From NCBI RefSeq assembly GCF_009914755.1, contig NC_060927.1: a stretch of 64,000 bases of DNA. One strand, written 5' to 3'. Below are positions 45,148 to 60,077 of this stretch, one piece after another. Each line of letters begins with the position of its first letter. Position 1 is the first letter of the stretch. Position numbers and translations under genes: made by a program. The stretch comes from the human T2T-CHM13v2.0 reference genome, Homo sapiens. Under the pieces are notes generated by a model. That model did no database searches. It was not told the DNA's origin and saw nothing but the letters and a program-made list of their open reading frames with translations.

Positions 45148-46382
45148 TGTTGGAAGGGTGAGTCAATGTGGACCTATGACTTTTCACTTTTTCTGAGGCT
45201 TCTTGTCCTCAGAATTTTTCTGCAGACAGATAAAGCACCATGTCTCTGTCAGCCAATTAAGAAATGAATAATGTGGCTGCAGGGGACATTGTCACCCACC
45301 TCCTGTCACCCTGGGGGATTGGAATGTTGGCTCTGTTCCATTCTAGATTTTTTCTATGGCATCTTCCTTCTTCCTTTTAAGGATGTCATGTCTCATTTAT
45401 CTTCTTTTATAATGTTAAAGGTGTTGTTGCAAACTTCAGTGACAATGTTACTGGGTAGAATGGGCACTTGGCCGAGTCATCAAAAATGCAATTCAGAACA
45501 ATGTGGTTTCCATTTATTCTTGGAAGAAGGATGCAGCAATTATGTTTTTTTCCCCCTCTAGAAGAAACACATTTGCATAGAGCAAGAAGTTTTTTCCTCA
45601 GGTGCCTTCCCCTCCCTTGCACTTATGCTTTTTGTTTTTCTTTTTCTCCATCATGTCAGGAGTTAACATAGCCCTGCAAATATGGGGAACTTTTCTATGC
45701 AAGAGGTTACTTTTTCCTTTTAGGAGGCATCTTACTAGGTTAAGCTGCCAATTCCCAGGACTCCCTTTTCTATCCCTTGTTTAAGGAGGACCCAATTCCA
45801 CAACTTCACCTTAGCATTCTGTTTATAACAAAGCAATGGAAGAGTCGCCCCACCAGTCGCTGACTAGAGTTTGGCAAGGGCCACCTGTGACTTAATTTAA
45901 TGAATCCCTGTACCCTCCTGAGGAACCTTTTTGTCCAAAACTTAATTCCAAGTTTTGGGTTGAAGCCCTAGAAAGTAAAACTGGATCTGAGGGATCCATA
46001 GAGGCAGATGACAACAAAACTCAAGGGTGCAGTGCAGGTAAACATGACTAATTCCTGCCAATTGGCCTCCCTGCCCCCCACTGTTTTATGGATAGAGGTC
46101 ATGCTCACGTCCGTGGCACAGATGAGGTCTAGGGAACCCAAAGACAGTGGAAGGATAGGCAACATATTGGGGAGTGTGAATAATTCCTACCCATTAGATT
46201 TCCCTGCTACATGGGTGAAGTTTGCGCTGGCATCCATGGTGGCACCTGCCAAGGTCTCTGGGACTTGAGTATATAAGGATGGAAGAAAAATAGACAATGC
46301 CCTTTTTTTTCTCTCCCTCACCTATCCTGGGCTTTTGCTGGAAAGATAAAGGAACAAAAGTGCCTTTCCCTGCTCTTACCTG

Positions 46383-46570
46383 ATGGGTAACCAACCAGGT
46401 TCAGTTTGTACTTCTCTCGAGTACATCCTGAATAACTGAGGCTCCTTTGAAAAAAAAAAAAGCCTTCTTTTTCCTTTTTCCTCCTCTATTCTCTCTTTGA
46501 AGATGGGTAATTGCATTCCCATACCACAGGACACTTCCTATGGATGCATCCCCCAAATTGGGGAAAGTTT
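46383..46570 (+). pseudogene. Two gag N-terminal (matrix) remnants
   Basis: MGNQPGSVCTSLEYILNN*GSF at 46383 and MGNCIPIPQDTSYGCI..(frameshift)NWGKF at 46503 resemble gammaretroviral MGN..S.LxCIL..W..F. Confidence 0.65.
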
Positions 46571-46665
46571 AATTTCCCCAAACCTTAAAGTGCTTGGCTT
46601 AAAATTGAACTGGGAAGAAATTACAAATTTAACTGAGCAAATCTCTTGAGGTGGGACAACTTTTA

Positions 46666-47037
<372 letters not shown>

Positions 47038-47640
47038 CTACTAGTCAGACTTCTGGCTTCTCTGTCTCTGCACAAATTGGTTGTAGGAATGACAAAAATC
47101 ATTATATTCTTTCCCCCTCCATAGGTTCAAAAGCCAGAAGTATTGGCCATTTGGCTTGTTAAAGTTGGGTAATAAGAGATTTAATAGGACTTAAAAAAAA
47201 AAAGGAGCACTCAACTTAATTAAAATTAGATATCCAAGATATAGGTATATTTAAAAGTATTTATATGTCTTCTCTTCATGGATCTTGTTTTTCTGGAAAA
47301 AGGTTTTCTTCTTCTCAGTCAATTGAATTATTTTTCTCCATTTGTCTTACCATGCTTAATGCGCATAAGAGAGGCCCTAAGATAACTTCTGATAGCCTGG
47401 TACTCCTTGGGAAAAACAGAGAAGGTGCCACTGACCCCATTTTGGAAAAAAAAAACAACCCTGTTTTCCTCCTGGAACCCCAAGAATTAAAAACAGCTAT
47501 ATCCTTCTCAAAATCTGTTTTTGTCTTCCAACTCTGCCTGCTTACTAAGCTGTAGAAACTGCAGGTTTTCCTAGCCCTGTTTCTTGAAGGGCTCCACCCT
47601 GGGGCCAATAATTCATTAGGAGATTGGAAATAAAATCTTA

Positions 47641-47716
47641 CACTATAATCCCACCTACTCGGGAGGCTGGAAAAGAAGAGAAGAGAAGAGAAGAGAAAAG
47701 AAAAGAAAAGAAAAGA
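47641..47716 (+). mobile_element. Internally deleted Alu remnant with (AGAAG)/(AAAAG) tail
   Basis: 29 bp of Alu then tail; flanked by TSD aaaatctta (47632-47640, 47717-47725). Confidence 0.8.
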
Positions 47717-50687
47717 AAAATCTTATGACTGGATCTTCTGTCTGTCTGTGTGTGTGTGTGTATGTATACATATATACACATATATATGTATCATGTTTTT
47801 GATGTTTACATAAAAAGAGCTCTAATTAATTGGCTTCAGGAAAAATAAGTGCTTAGACCAAATATTTTTGAAGGAAGAATAAAAGCTGTAATGCTTTTTA
47901 GTTCACATGACTTTAAGAAATAGAAGACAGTTTTAAATTTTATTGGTAAAGTAAAAGTGTCTTCAGAATGTAAACATATAGTTTAAGTCATGCAGTTCAG
48001 ATATTACATTTGCTAAATTCTTTAAGGTCATAAACTGATTCTTTGGTCTTTGAAAATTGTTTGGCTTGCCTGCTTTTGAGTTTGGTAAGGCCTGGGGACA
48101 TGTGGAGTTAACCATGCACCTAACTATGCTTGAAAGAGTCAGACCTTATCTGCACCTAGTACATAATTAAAATAACTTACCAGGTTTTACATCAAAATTA
48201 AGAACTGCTAAGAATTACCATTATAACATGTAATTGAGACCACTGAAAATAGATTTACATGCAAGGTGTGTTAGGAAAGTAAAATGTATTTTTAGTAAAA
48301 GATTATAAGAAGGCATGGAAATGTAAATTTTTGCCTAGAGAGTTAAAAGATTATTTTAAATTAGATACAATAAAGGTAAACATTTAAACTAGTTGTGGAG
48401 GGTTTGTATAAATTAACCTTTTAACAGAAATCCTATGTGTGAACATAGTGACTAAACTCTCAAGGGTATTATTTGGTTATTCTGTAAATAGAATATTGGA
48501 ATGAAAGCACACAAGGTTTTCTGAAGGCACTGATCTTTAACAAAAATTTGTGAAAGGTTATAGAAAGTTTGTAAGAATCTCACCTCATGGTCAAACTGGT
48601 TAAGATGGGATAAATTTATCTGTAATGTTTCATTAAAAAATTGGGATTAACCTTAATAGTAGACAAATGCAAGGGTGAAATTTGGCATTCTCTTGAAAAA
48701 GATTTTCATGTAACACTAAAGGATCATGAAAGATTTTTGTTAGCTTTGAGAATAAACTACTGAAAAAGAAGGGAAAGACAAGAGACAGATTATTTGGAAA
48801 GCTGTCTTCCCTCTTAATGAGTAAAGATTTTTGCCTGTTTAAAAAATTCTGAGTCATCATTTTGGATAAATCCATGATTTATGGTAATCTGGAATTCTAC
48901 TTCACAATATCAATTGTTTTAAACCTTTAACAAGTTTGATAGGCTTCCCAAAATCAAATTTCTGCTTCAAACTAGTCTTTTCTAACCCCCATCTTTTGGA
49001 TGTTACAGAGGGCCCATGGAGTATCCAAAAGAGAGATAAACATGATTATTTGACATATTTAGTTACATGGGATTGTCAAAACAAAAATAAGGTTTAATCT
49101 TCTTCAGGTTATATTTTAGTGAATATATATTCTAAAATTGTATGGGACTTATAAAATTCTAATGTCTGAGTATATACTATCAATCATAATTAGGGTTATT
49201 ATGTTAAGTTTTTGTAAACCACAGAAATAACCAAATTTCTTTGTGAATCATGTTTTTTACTATAACTACCCTAGACATTTTGTCAATCACAGATAATTGT
49301 TGTCTTGTTTTAATCCTCTTCAAAAATAGTTTATAATCAGCTATAGGATCTTGACAGATGCTCTCAAATTCAGGTTTCTGATAACCTTTGAGACTGTGAT
49401 ATGGGAATAGAGGAAATTTCAGGACTCATGAGGAGCTGAAATGTTCATAAATATCAAGCAGAACAAGAGTTAACTGAATGGATGGAACTAATAGAAAATT
49501 GAAGTGGTCTTTTTTTTTAACTGTTTTGCTTAAAATGTTGCTGGTCCTTTATTTTTCAAAGTCAGAAAAATTTTTGTTTTGAGCTCTTTACAGTTTTGAA
49601 CAATTGAATAAGGTATACTCCTGTGAACAAAATTTGGATCATATTTGTTTCTTTCTTCCTAGTTTCTCCAGAATTGGGAAATTATTCATGAGTATTCTTA
49701 ACTTATGGCAATATAGTTATTTGCATACGTGCAATAAGAATAAGAATCCATTTTCTTTTGCAACAGAATGTAATTGGAGAAACTGGTTGTTTTACCAAGG
49801 CTTTTACTGGAAAGGTGTGCTTTCCTTTAAGGAATCAAATTTGACTTGTAGAGGCAATAAAAGTCCCTTGGGAATACTGGCCTCATAGCTTATCTACACA
49901 GCCCATGCACAGGGTTCCTCATCTGTGGTAAGTAAAGAATTTCATTTTCTGACAGGCCCAGGAGCCCTAAGTTGTCTGGGACCTCAAGAAGAGAGGAATC
50001 TACCCAACTTATAGGTCTTTGGGGGTACAAACCCATGGCTGGGCTTGGCTTTAAAAAGTGTTATCTGAGATTCCTTATGGAACAGAGTTACATCAGAGCC
50101 AAATTTAAAAGGCTACATGAAAATAATTATTGTTGTTGCACTTTATGCAAATAATCTGGCCAAGTATAAGACTTTAGTTTTGCAAAGTCTTATACTTTTG
50201 CAAACAAATCAGTCCTATCATGATTTGTTTTTAATAAAAATGAGGACTGGAGAAAGAGAACTCATGTTTGAAAACTTACCATACACTTGCCATTAAATTC
50301 TAGCCTCATTAGTTGTTTTCAGCTTTTGTCTGCATTTTATTCTAATCTTGCTTATTCCTCTGAACCAACCAGTGATCTCTGGCTGCAGCTCAGAAGAAAC
50401 AAAAGGAATTGCTAATGTAAAAATATGGATGAATATTCTAGTTCTGGGCAATTATCCTGCAAATTCTGACAGGTGATAGGGGTAGATAGGGTGTCCATAA
50501 CATGGAGGTTTCTTTTCTTGGGAAATTAAGACCAAGGGAGCTAACCAAAGCCAAGCTCAATGCACCAAAATCTTAGCAGGCATAACTATAGCTACCAGTT
50601 ATCTGGTCATGTCAGCAGCCTCATGATTTTTGAGCCATCCTTACCCTCCTGTTTTGTTTTAATAAATGTCTTCTAATAACCTGGCTT

Positions 50688-50785
50688 GTCTCTTCTCACC
50701 TTCAGGCCATCAAACTCTAAACAGTCATGCAACCAGAGCTTCGGATGATGGCTCCCTTTTGCCAGAGACCCAATAGATAGGTCTC
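50688..50785 (+). pseudogene. env TM cytoplasmic-tail remnant
   Basis: VSSHLQAIKL*TVMQPELRMMAPFCQRP resembles the HERV-W-type env tail VSSRIEAVKLQMEPKM...YRRPLDRP. Confidence 0.7.
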
Positions 50786-50903
50786 TAAGAGAGATCTGAC
50801 TGCTGTTTTCCAAAAACAGCACTCCCTGTCATCATGACATAGTTAAAAGTGGTCAGCATACTTATCCTAATGGAAGTTAAATTTACCTTTTCAGAGGAAG
50901 GAA

Positions 50904-51590
50904 TGATAGCAGCAGGAGGCAGTCAAAGCCCTAGGCAGATAGGGGACGGTCCCCAGTGAAATTGACCTTCAAAGACAGTTTAAAGTCTAGCTACAAGTCC
51001 TGCATAAATCCACGGACCAGATTGAAAGCCTCTCTTCCCATCTGGCATGGTTTCTTCTGATTAATCCTCACCCTTCACCTATTTTTTATATACCTCCCCT
51101 TTCCTAATTGTTTTTTTACACTTTCATGGCCACCTTTGAGTTGTGTCTTTCTTTTAAACTTTTTCACATACTCATAAAGCAATCAGCAAGCACTCCCCAT
51201 TTTGAGCCCATAAAAGTCCTGGACCCAGCCACACTGAGGGAGAGACCACCCAAGTTCAGTGGTCCTCTCTCCACTGAGATCTGTTTTGTCACTCAATGAA
51301 ACTATTATCTGCCCTCTTCACCCTTTGATTGTCAGCATAACCTCATTCTTCTCGCCTGCAGGACAAGAACTTGGGAAATGCCGGATGCAGTTTCAAGCTG
51401 TAATACAGATGGACTGGGGCATGCCCGGCCCAGGCGTGGGCTGAGCCAGTGCACAAACCAGGCATGGCCCGGCAGGCTGAGTGGGCAGGGTGTCCCCTGT
51501 GGCAGGCCTGGAGCTGAAAGAGGCCCCAGAGGGGCGTCACTGGCCACAGAAGTCCATGCTGGCAAAGTGACCAAAAAAAATCCTGCATTA
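50904..51590 (+). mobile_element. 3' LTR, preceded by a polypurine tract (agaggaaggaa)
   Basis: tgatagcagcaggaggcagtcaaagccctaggcagatag... homologous to the 5' LTR. Confidence 0.9.
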
Positions 51591-53569
51591 AAATCTTACA
51601 GATTACTATAAATTAATGTCCCAAACCACTGATTATTTACCCTCTACTAATGTACTATTTAACTTTACAGGTATTTTTATAATAATGTTTCATTTAAGAG
51701 AACAAAATGGGTGTTTCTGACTAAAATCAATTACATAAAATGTATCAAACACATCTGAAACACAAGTGGTTGCTCATGGTATTTTAAAAGTAGAAAATAT
51801 CACTTAGATGGATAGAAATGAATTTTTAGTACCACCATTTCAACTGTAAACTTTTGGGGAAATGTTAAATTTGACAATAGCAAGAGAAGTAATCAAAGAG
51901 TGAAAAAAAAAAGTTTTTCATTAACAGTGCACCTGGCTTAGATATTGTTCTGTTAGTAATTGATTAATTCCTTTATCAAATTTGAATGAATGTAAAAGAA
52001 CTCAGTTGGACACCAAACATATTTATACCTATTAAGAAAGAGAAGCTAGTGCTATATTTGAAGACCCACAGAATAATCATGCGCTTTTAAAGCAAATTGT
52101 GAAAGAAGCAAATGTGTTGCAAATTTCTCAGGACTAACAAATACATAGATGAGAAATCATGTGGACCAAGATGTGATACTGACCAAGATAACTGCAGAAG
52201 AACAGAAGATAAAATTGGGATACTTACTACTCAAACTGATATTGGCCAAGGGCTAAGGAAGTAAACTCAGAACGTTGTGATATCTTTCAACCCTATTGCT
52301 TTTAAAATATACATGTGGCTTTTGTTAAGATATACTTAGAGTAAAGGAAACATCATGCTTGAAAGCATATTATGTCTTGTGAAAATCGATGGGCATTGGT
52401 AATGTAGAGTTTAAAATTTATGATTTTTTTATCAGTGATTTCAGCTTGATGTCTATCCCCCAAAACACAAACACATCATAAGACAACCAGTTGACCATAA
52501 TCACTACAGTGTTTTAGGTGTCATCATTATGTTAATTAAATTGTGTACCAATAATATTCCTTTCAACATTACTAACATTGAAAAGAATACATTTTTATTA
52601 AAACAATGCAAACACCAGCTGCACTTATTCATTTTCTCTTTAAGTAACATAGTTTAACATGTCATATTGTAAAACTTGGTCTATCTGTCTGTACACAGGC
52701 ATACACATATATTAATAATGTTACATAAAATATTGCAAACATTTAATGTATTCTTAAAGATAGAATTCAAAGGTTCCAGGATAGTTATATAAATATTACT
52801 GTTAATGTTTCAGTCAAAACCTGAAGAGGAAACTTTGTCTCTCTAAGTTTAATTTAGGAATAAACTTTCCAAAGCAGTAGGGATAAAATTTTAAGTGTGG
52901 AATTTAAAGGTTTTTTAAAAGTAGTTACAGAAAACAAATGCAATGGCAAATAGGTGTGGTTGTATCAAAATGTTGACAGTGCCAGTGGCCCCAAGCAGTG
53001 ACTCCAAACCCTGACCAGTAGGGGAAAAGGCCACAGAACATTGAATTGTTGTTTGTTTCTATGGTTTGCCATGCAGAGAATAATCTTCAGAAAGCTATAC
53101 AATATGTTTCTCTTTGAAAAATGACACTAGAACAAAAGGAACTAACACTGCTGATGATACAGTTAACATAAAGCCAAGAATTCCAAGTAAGAGTTTTGTT
53201 CAGAAAACCATTTTATTTAACATACAACATAGAATGTAAAATTTGGGGAAGATTCAAATAGAGTCTGTAACTTAGACATGGGCACTTAATTCTCTTTATA
53301 AATTAATCAGGAAATCATATAAATGATTTTCTTCATGGAAATTTATCAGGAACATTTTAAAACATGAACTCATTTACAAATTCAGAATTTTTCAAAGGGT
53401 GCATTTTCCTCTTTAATTGATATCTCTATGTTTTGTTTTTTGTTATTTATGAGTAATTATTCATTATGAAGAAGAAAACAAGGTTAAGTTGCACATATCA
53501 CAAATGGGAAAAAAGTTTTAGAGACAAATAATATATTTAAGTTGCTTTTAAAAACGCCTTCTTATGAAT

Positions 53570-53700
53570 AGCACATCAGGTACTAGGTTTATTACCTGGA
53601 AGATGAAACAATTTGCACATTGAACACGCACAACATGCAATTTACCTATATAGCAAAACTGCATGTGTGCCCCTGAACCTAAAAAAAAAGTTTTTTTTAA
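53570..53700 (+). mobile_element. Short L1PA (15/16-like) 3' end
   Basis: ggtactaggtttattacctgg...caatttacctatatagcaaaactgcatgtgtgcccctgaacctaaaa. Confidence 0.8.
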
Positions 53701-55114
53701 ATACCCCGTTTAACATCTCTTGACTTTGTGTGTACAGCAAAATATACTGCTAGAAAGAGACAAAATATCTTAGAGGAAAAACCTAACGCCACATTTAAAT
53801 ACCAGAGCCAGAAAAGAGACAAAATCAATTCAAATTATATTTTCTTTCTTAATGATAAAAGAGACTAATAATTGACAAGTTGATATAAGTTGAGTATCAA
53901 TTTGAATATCCAAGTTGGACTGGTTTGAAACCAGCTTTTTGTTTTTATCCTTTATTAAATGTTGTTTTGGGACAAAGCCATTTCTCAGGGTGTTTATTTA
54001 AGATTCTTTTTAAGTCAATATATGACAATAATCTAGAGAATCAACTGGAATTAAATACTTATACTACGCCACTGTTTTTCATAAAAATGTAAAGCCTTAC
54101 TTGCTGAACATCTGAAAGTAAGAGAGACAGATAAAAGAGAGAGGAAGAGAAATGGGCGATAACACAAATTCTCATTAAAACAGTAAGCATAAATTTAATT
54201 TTTGCCACTTTCTTTTTTCCACTAAAGTTATACTCCTCTGGCATAATTCAAATGATTTTTTAAAAATATCAGTAAATATAAAGTTGTAATATAAAGACTA
54301 TCAATGTAAAATCTACACCCATATGGTCAGAGATATTAAGATATTCCCATTAAGGATAAACGAAGAATCTAAATTAAAGGAAGTTAAAACAATTAAACTA
54401 TGGCAAGATATTAAAGTTATATACTTTTCAACAGAATGAAGCACATTATACTCAAAAGTCAAACAATATTTATGTTTAGATGTTTTTTAAAGTGCAAGTT
54501 GGCAGATTCAATATTGCCTGGGTAATCCCAGGCTTTGTTCTTTATTTTTTTCTTCATTAAATATTGCCTGACAAATATCTATAATTTGCATCTGATCAAT
54601 GTTAGGTGGACATGCAGAGGTTTTCAGTCAAAGATGAATGTAAAAGTATATATATTTATATAATTAAGACTCTATTTGTAAAGTGAAAATGAATCTTAGA
54701 ATAATAAAACTGATAAATCAAATTATTGTCTTTGAGATTTTGTCACATGATTGTAACATAATATAAATTATTTTAAATATTTTATATTGTGAATTCATTT
54801 TAGACACATCAGTCTTAAATATTGTATCAACATGAGGATTGACAATCTAATTGTAAAGTATATACATAAGTATACATTTTTTACAGAATGACAGAAATTT
54901 AATTTTCTGCAATTAATACATGTTATTTTCTAGTTAACTTCAAAAAAGTAAAAAGAAATTACAATTTTATTAAATTATTCATGGCTATTATACATTTTCC
55001 AATGTCTAGAGGAAAATAAAATAATAATAAAATTTTAAATCAGTGAATATAAAGTGTTACAGCTTACAAGTTAGAATCTAAAGCTCCTTGCAACATGTAG
55101 GTGAGCACTCTTGC

Positions 55115-56405
55115 AGATATATAATTAAAATCAAAATCTCTTCCTAACCTAGAAAACTTCTCCACAAAGATATTACCAAAATAAGGTTTCTTAGAGAGTA
55201 AACATTAAACCAGAATGTCATGCACATCAAGGCAATCCACTCAAGATATTACAAAAATAGAAAAACCTTACACGTTTATACAGCTGAGCAAATGTAACCA
55301 ATTACATACATGTTCTCATGATAAACAATAGCTAGTCCTCAAGTAAGATAATTTGACAGAACCATTTGTCACATAAATTCATCCTAAATTTACTTGGCAA
55401 TTGGAGGGATTCTCTGGATTGGCCAATTAGCTTTATCGAAAGGAAAAATAAACTATTCCTGTCTTCATGACAGGGAATGGTCTCACAACTCATACCAATG
55501 TGCCCTTAAAAGTCAGGTGCTTACTTTCCCACAGAAACTGAAATAGGGACACTATCTTTCCTGATGATTGCATTTCAAAGAGAGGTCCTTAAGAACAGAA
55601 CATTATTCCTGGATCATAAACCTCGTAAGAGGTGTAATGTAGCTTTTTTTTTATTATTATACTTTCAGTTTTAGGGTACATGTGCACAACGTGCACGTTA
55701 GTTACATATGCATACATGTGCCATGTTGGTGTGCTATACCCATTAACTCGTCATTTAACATTAGGTATATCTCCTAATGCTATCCCTCCCACCTCCCCCT
55801 ACCCCACAACAGGCCCCAGTGTGTGATGTTCCCCTTCCTGTGTCCATGTGTTCTCATTGTTCAATTCCCACCTATGAGTGAGAACATGCAGTGTTTGGTT
55901 TTTCGTCCTTGCGATAGTTTGCTGAGAATGATGGTTTCCAGCTTCAACCATGTCCCTACAAAGGACATGAAGTCATCCTTTTTTATGGCTGCATAGTATT
56001 CCATGGTGTATATGTGCCACATTTTCTTAATCCAGTCTATCATTGTTGGGCATTTGGCTTCGTTCCAAGTCTTTGCTATTGTGAATAGTGCTGCAATAAA
56101 CATATGTGTGCATGTGTCTTTACAGCAGCACGATTTATAATCCTTTGGGTATATATCCAGTAATGGGATTGCTGGGTCAAAGTTATTTCTAGTTCTAGAT
56201 CCCTGAGGAATCACCACACTGACTTCCACAATGGTTGTAATTTAGCTTTTAAAATGATTTGCATACATTCCAAAAAGACAGAAAAAAAACTTACAGTTAG
56301 AAGTTTCTAAAAGTAAATGCTCCACAAAAAAGAGTAGGAGAAATCTCTTCCCTTATTTTCAAAAGGGATTTTTTTTTCTTTTTAGATATGTGTTTACCCT
56401 TAAAA
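55115..56405 (-). mobile_element. MER67-like (ERV1) solo LTR, split by an L1PA insertion
   Basis: aaaatcaaaatctc...ctccacaaag...ctagtcctcaagtaag...cccacagaaactg, resuming after the L1 with aaagtaaatgctc...aaatctcttcccttattttcaa. Confidence 0.7.
55648..56235 (-). mobile_element. Young 5'-truncated L1PA (L1PA3/4-like)
   Basis: Near-consensus L1PA 3' UTR; open ORF2p C-terminus (55861..56229); TSD tgtaatKtagctttt at 55633-55647 and 56236-56250. Confidence 0.95.
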
Positions 56406-57392
56406 AACAATCTATATGAACTTATTGCAAGTACAATATTGACTAACTCAAAGTCCAATGACTGTAAACACTTAATAATTTGTTAATTGTTGACTCTGTT
56501 TTTATCTATACTTCTGCTGAACTTATAAAGCACTTTCCTCTAAACAGCTCAATCTTTTCTAAGGAAATTAGGTCATAGAAATTACAGATGAAAAGATATT
56601 TTCTAAGTATCTTAATTTGGCAAATGTTTAAAACATAAACAATATATTTACTAATGAAAAGATACTCTTATCAAGATGTAAGAACAAAAAAAAAAAACCG
56701 CAAAAACAAACCCTACAAATAAAGCAAAACAAAAATAAACCCCATTGCTTTTGTTCACTTTACTGTTTCTGTTAATGTAGTTTATGATTAAAAAAATGAA
56801 TGAAACAGAATCAACTTGTATATAGTTCTTTTATCCAAATAAAGAAGTGAAATTAAACACACGTTATCACAGAAACACTTTGGAAGAAAGTAAAAGCATA
56901 ATTAAACAAGTTAACATATATTTGAATACTGAGTGTCAACGTGTGCAAAATTATCTTATGTGTTAATTATATAACTTGAACAACATTTTGATTTTCCTTT
57001 TAAAAGTTATACAAAAGGGAAAGACTAAAATTGATATGATATTTTAAGATAATAAAATGATCAAATTTAATTGTTTTTGATACGCTGGATGACACAGGAA
57101 AAAAGCATCATTCTACAGGCGCAATTATACTTTTCTATACTAAGGCATATGATGCACCATAATGATATAATTTCTATGGCAAAAACCCTCTCTAGACATG
57201 TTTCCAAGCCATACTTATGGACCAACAACTAATGACTGTTTATCCCATTTCTATGTATATAGGTAGAGATGCAGGTAGGTAGATTAGTAGGTAGTACTTT
57301 ATACACACAAACACACACACCAACTTTATATAAATTTCATATATATTTTATCTATATTTATATGATACATAAATATTTATTATATATATTTT

Positions 57393-57397
57393 TGTGT

Positions 57398-57430
<33 letters not shown>
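57393..57430. repeat. (TG)n microsatellite
   Basis: Visible TG run after an AT-rich stretch. Confidence 0.9.
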
Positions 57431-57433
<3 letters not shown>

Positions 57434-57522
57434 TCTATTTATAATTGTCATGATCTAGAGCAGAAAGAGTCCTGTTGCCAGAGCAACCATGAATCTCCAT
57501 CAACCATGAATGGAGAAGGTAG

Positions 57523-57893
<371 letters not shown>

Positions 57894-58652
57894 GTTTGTT
57901 TTTTTTCTGAGTGCTTGGTTACCTATATACTCAATGCAACTCAATTTTAGTTTTTCTGTATTTTCTATTTTTTTCTCCTCTGTATTGGCTACATTTACCT
58001 ACTTATCACTCTGATACCTTTCTCTCCTTCTGTCTACTGCTAGATTCCCTCTGGGTAATAACACATTTAGTCAGCAAGTACTGATGGACAAGTTATTCTG
58101 TAGAATATACCTTATAAAAAGACACAGTGAGGCACAACTTCTGTTTTCAAGAGCTATGTATTGTAGCAGATACTAATTATAAAAAAGAAGTAAAAATAAA
58201 TGTAGAAACAAACAAGCAGCTAATTGAGTAGTAAATCATAGCTAGCTATCACTTTGGAACTCCTGTTATATTGTTATTTGTCTATCATTCCAATAAGGTC
58301 TTCTTATATTGCTTGATATCTTAAAACATGTATAAACCTGCATTTTTCAGTCTTCAAAGAGAACATCACACAAAAGCTATAATCTCTCTATAAGGAATTT
58401 CTTTCTTGGACTTTTTTTTGCTTTTTACAAAATCTGTGCTTATTTTAGAAAATAAAACAAATATATTTTAAGGTTATTAACATTGCTATTGTTTTACAAC
58501 CTTTAAAATATGTAACATTGGACAGCAATCACACAACTATGTTTACAGTCTGTGGAAATAGTATTATTTTCTTGCTATCCTGTTTTAAGTCAGTTTAAAT
58601 CTCAAATAAACTCAGATGTTTACTTCTGAGTTGTCATTAAAATCTATACCTA

Positions 58653-58971
58653 AACCAAGCATGGTGACTCATGCCTATAATTGCAGCACTTTGGGAAACC
58701 AAACCAGGAGGATCACTTGAGGTCAGGAATTGGAGAGTATCATGGATAACACAGAAAGAACTTGTGGTTACAGGAAAAAAGCAAAGAAAATTAGCCAGAT
58801 GCGGTGGCATGTACCTGTAGTCCAGCTACTCAGAAGGCTGGGGTGGGAGGATCACTTGAGCCCAGGGGTTCCAGGATGCAGTGAACAATAATCAAGCCAC
58901 TGCACCCCAGCCTGGGTGCCACAGCAAGACTGCATCTCAAAAAAAATAATTAATTAATTAATTAATTAATG
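58653..58971 (+). mobile_element. AluJ-like with (TAAT)n tail
   Basis: Perfect 14-bp TSD aaaatctataccta at 58639-58652 and 58972-58985. Confidence 0.93.
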
Positions 58972-59624
58972 AAAATCTATACCTAGTATGTCATACTTTT
59001 CAAAAATGACCTTTTGAAGAAATATTACTTGAAAATACATATATATATATACACACACACATAAAGAGTTAAACTACATACTCTAATTAAATCACCTAGT
59101 AAGTAAACTTGTTTCTATCATAGTTAAGATTTGAAAAGGTTATATAAAAGTGATATTCATACTAATTCGGTAACATCAATTTATTATTCCCAAGAAAGAT
59201 TAAATAAGCTATCATTATCAATAATCCTGTAAGGTCTTATTGAATCTCCTATATATTAAAGAAAACATATCAGAAAAACATAGGGTGAGCCATACGAAAG
59301 ACCTTTCTAAAAGTGGTGCTAGTATTATAAAATTAGCCATCCACATTAATTTAATACAACTGCCAACAACTAAATTTTTAAAGAGAGATTTAATATGCTT
59401 TCCACGTTTTCTGTTAATTTTTAAATATTTTAATGTGTACGTGATTTATTAATCTCATTGTTAATATAATAGGACTAGCACAGAGATATTGAATGAATTT
59501 AAGCTGACATTTTAATAATGTATGTTATGGTATCTTACTAAATGATTTAGGCACAGATAAAACTTATTATATTTATCAAATATCTACTTTTCTGTGGATT
59601 CTATGTTTTTCTAACAGTTATTTA

Positions 59625-59762
59625 TTAAATTCTTATTACTGCCTGTAAGATGGGCATTATCTTCATTACCCTATAGGTTAAATACGAAAAAAAAGTTTGT
59701 TTTTCTTGTCCTTGTTAACCCAGATATAGGAGAAATGACATTCAAACCTAAATTTCTTCTAG
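59625..59762 (-). mobile_element. Decayed MIR
   Basis: cctgtaagatgggcattatc...cttgtccttgttaacccag...attcaaacctaaa. Confidence 0.45.
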
Positions 59763-60077
59763 GCATACCAGCACCAGAGAAAGTGGTGGCTGATATCAGA
59801 AAGTTAAAAACAGTGTGGTATTTTTCAGGGTTAATGATTAACTATGCTCAGAAAACATGATATGATATTAGTTTAGCTAGAAAGCTTGTAGTATGCTAAA
59901 GAACTCAGAACAGATCTTATAAAAAATCTCTGTGATTAGTTCAAAATTATAGAAAGCATGTCCAACTTGGAGATGACATGAATTGTTCAGCCATATAAAA
60001 TAAAATGAATCTGTATGTTGTTATTCAAATATACACATATAAATTGTATATATATAAACATACATATACACACAGAC

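Noticed and set aside
44778-46394. Dense ORFs in the LTR and leader
   Set aside because: GC-richer LTR and leader sequence gives chance ORFs; no gag, pol or env similarity recognised.
55861-56229. 122-aa ORF with C..C motif
   Set aside because: C-terminus of ORF2p in a 5'-truncated L1PA; no promoter or true start.
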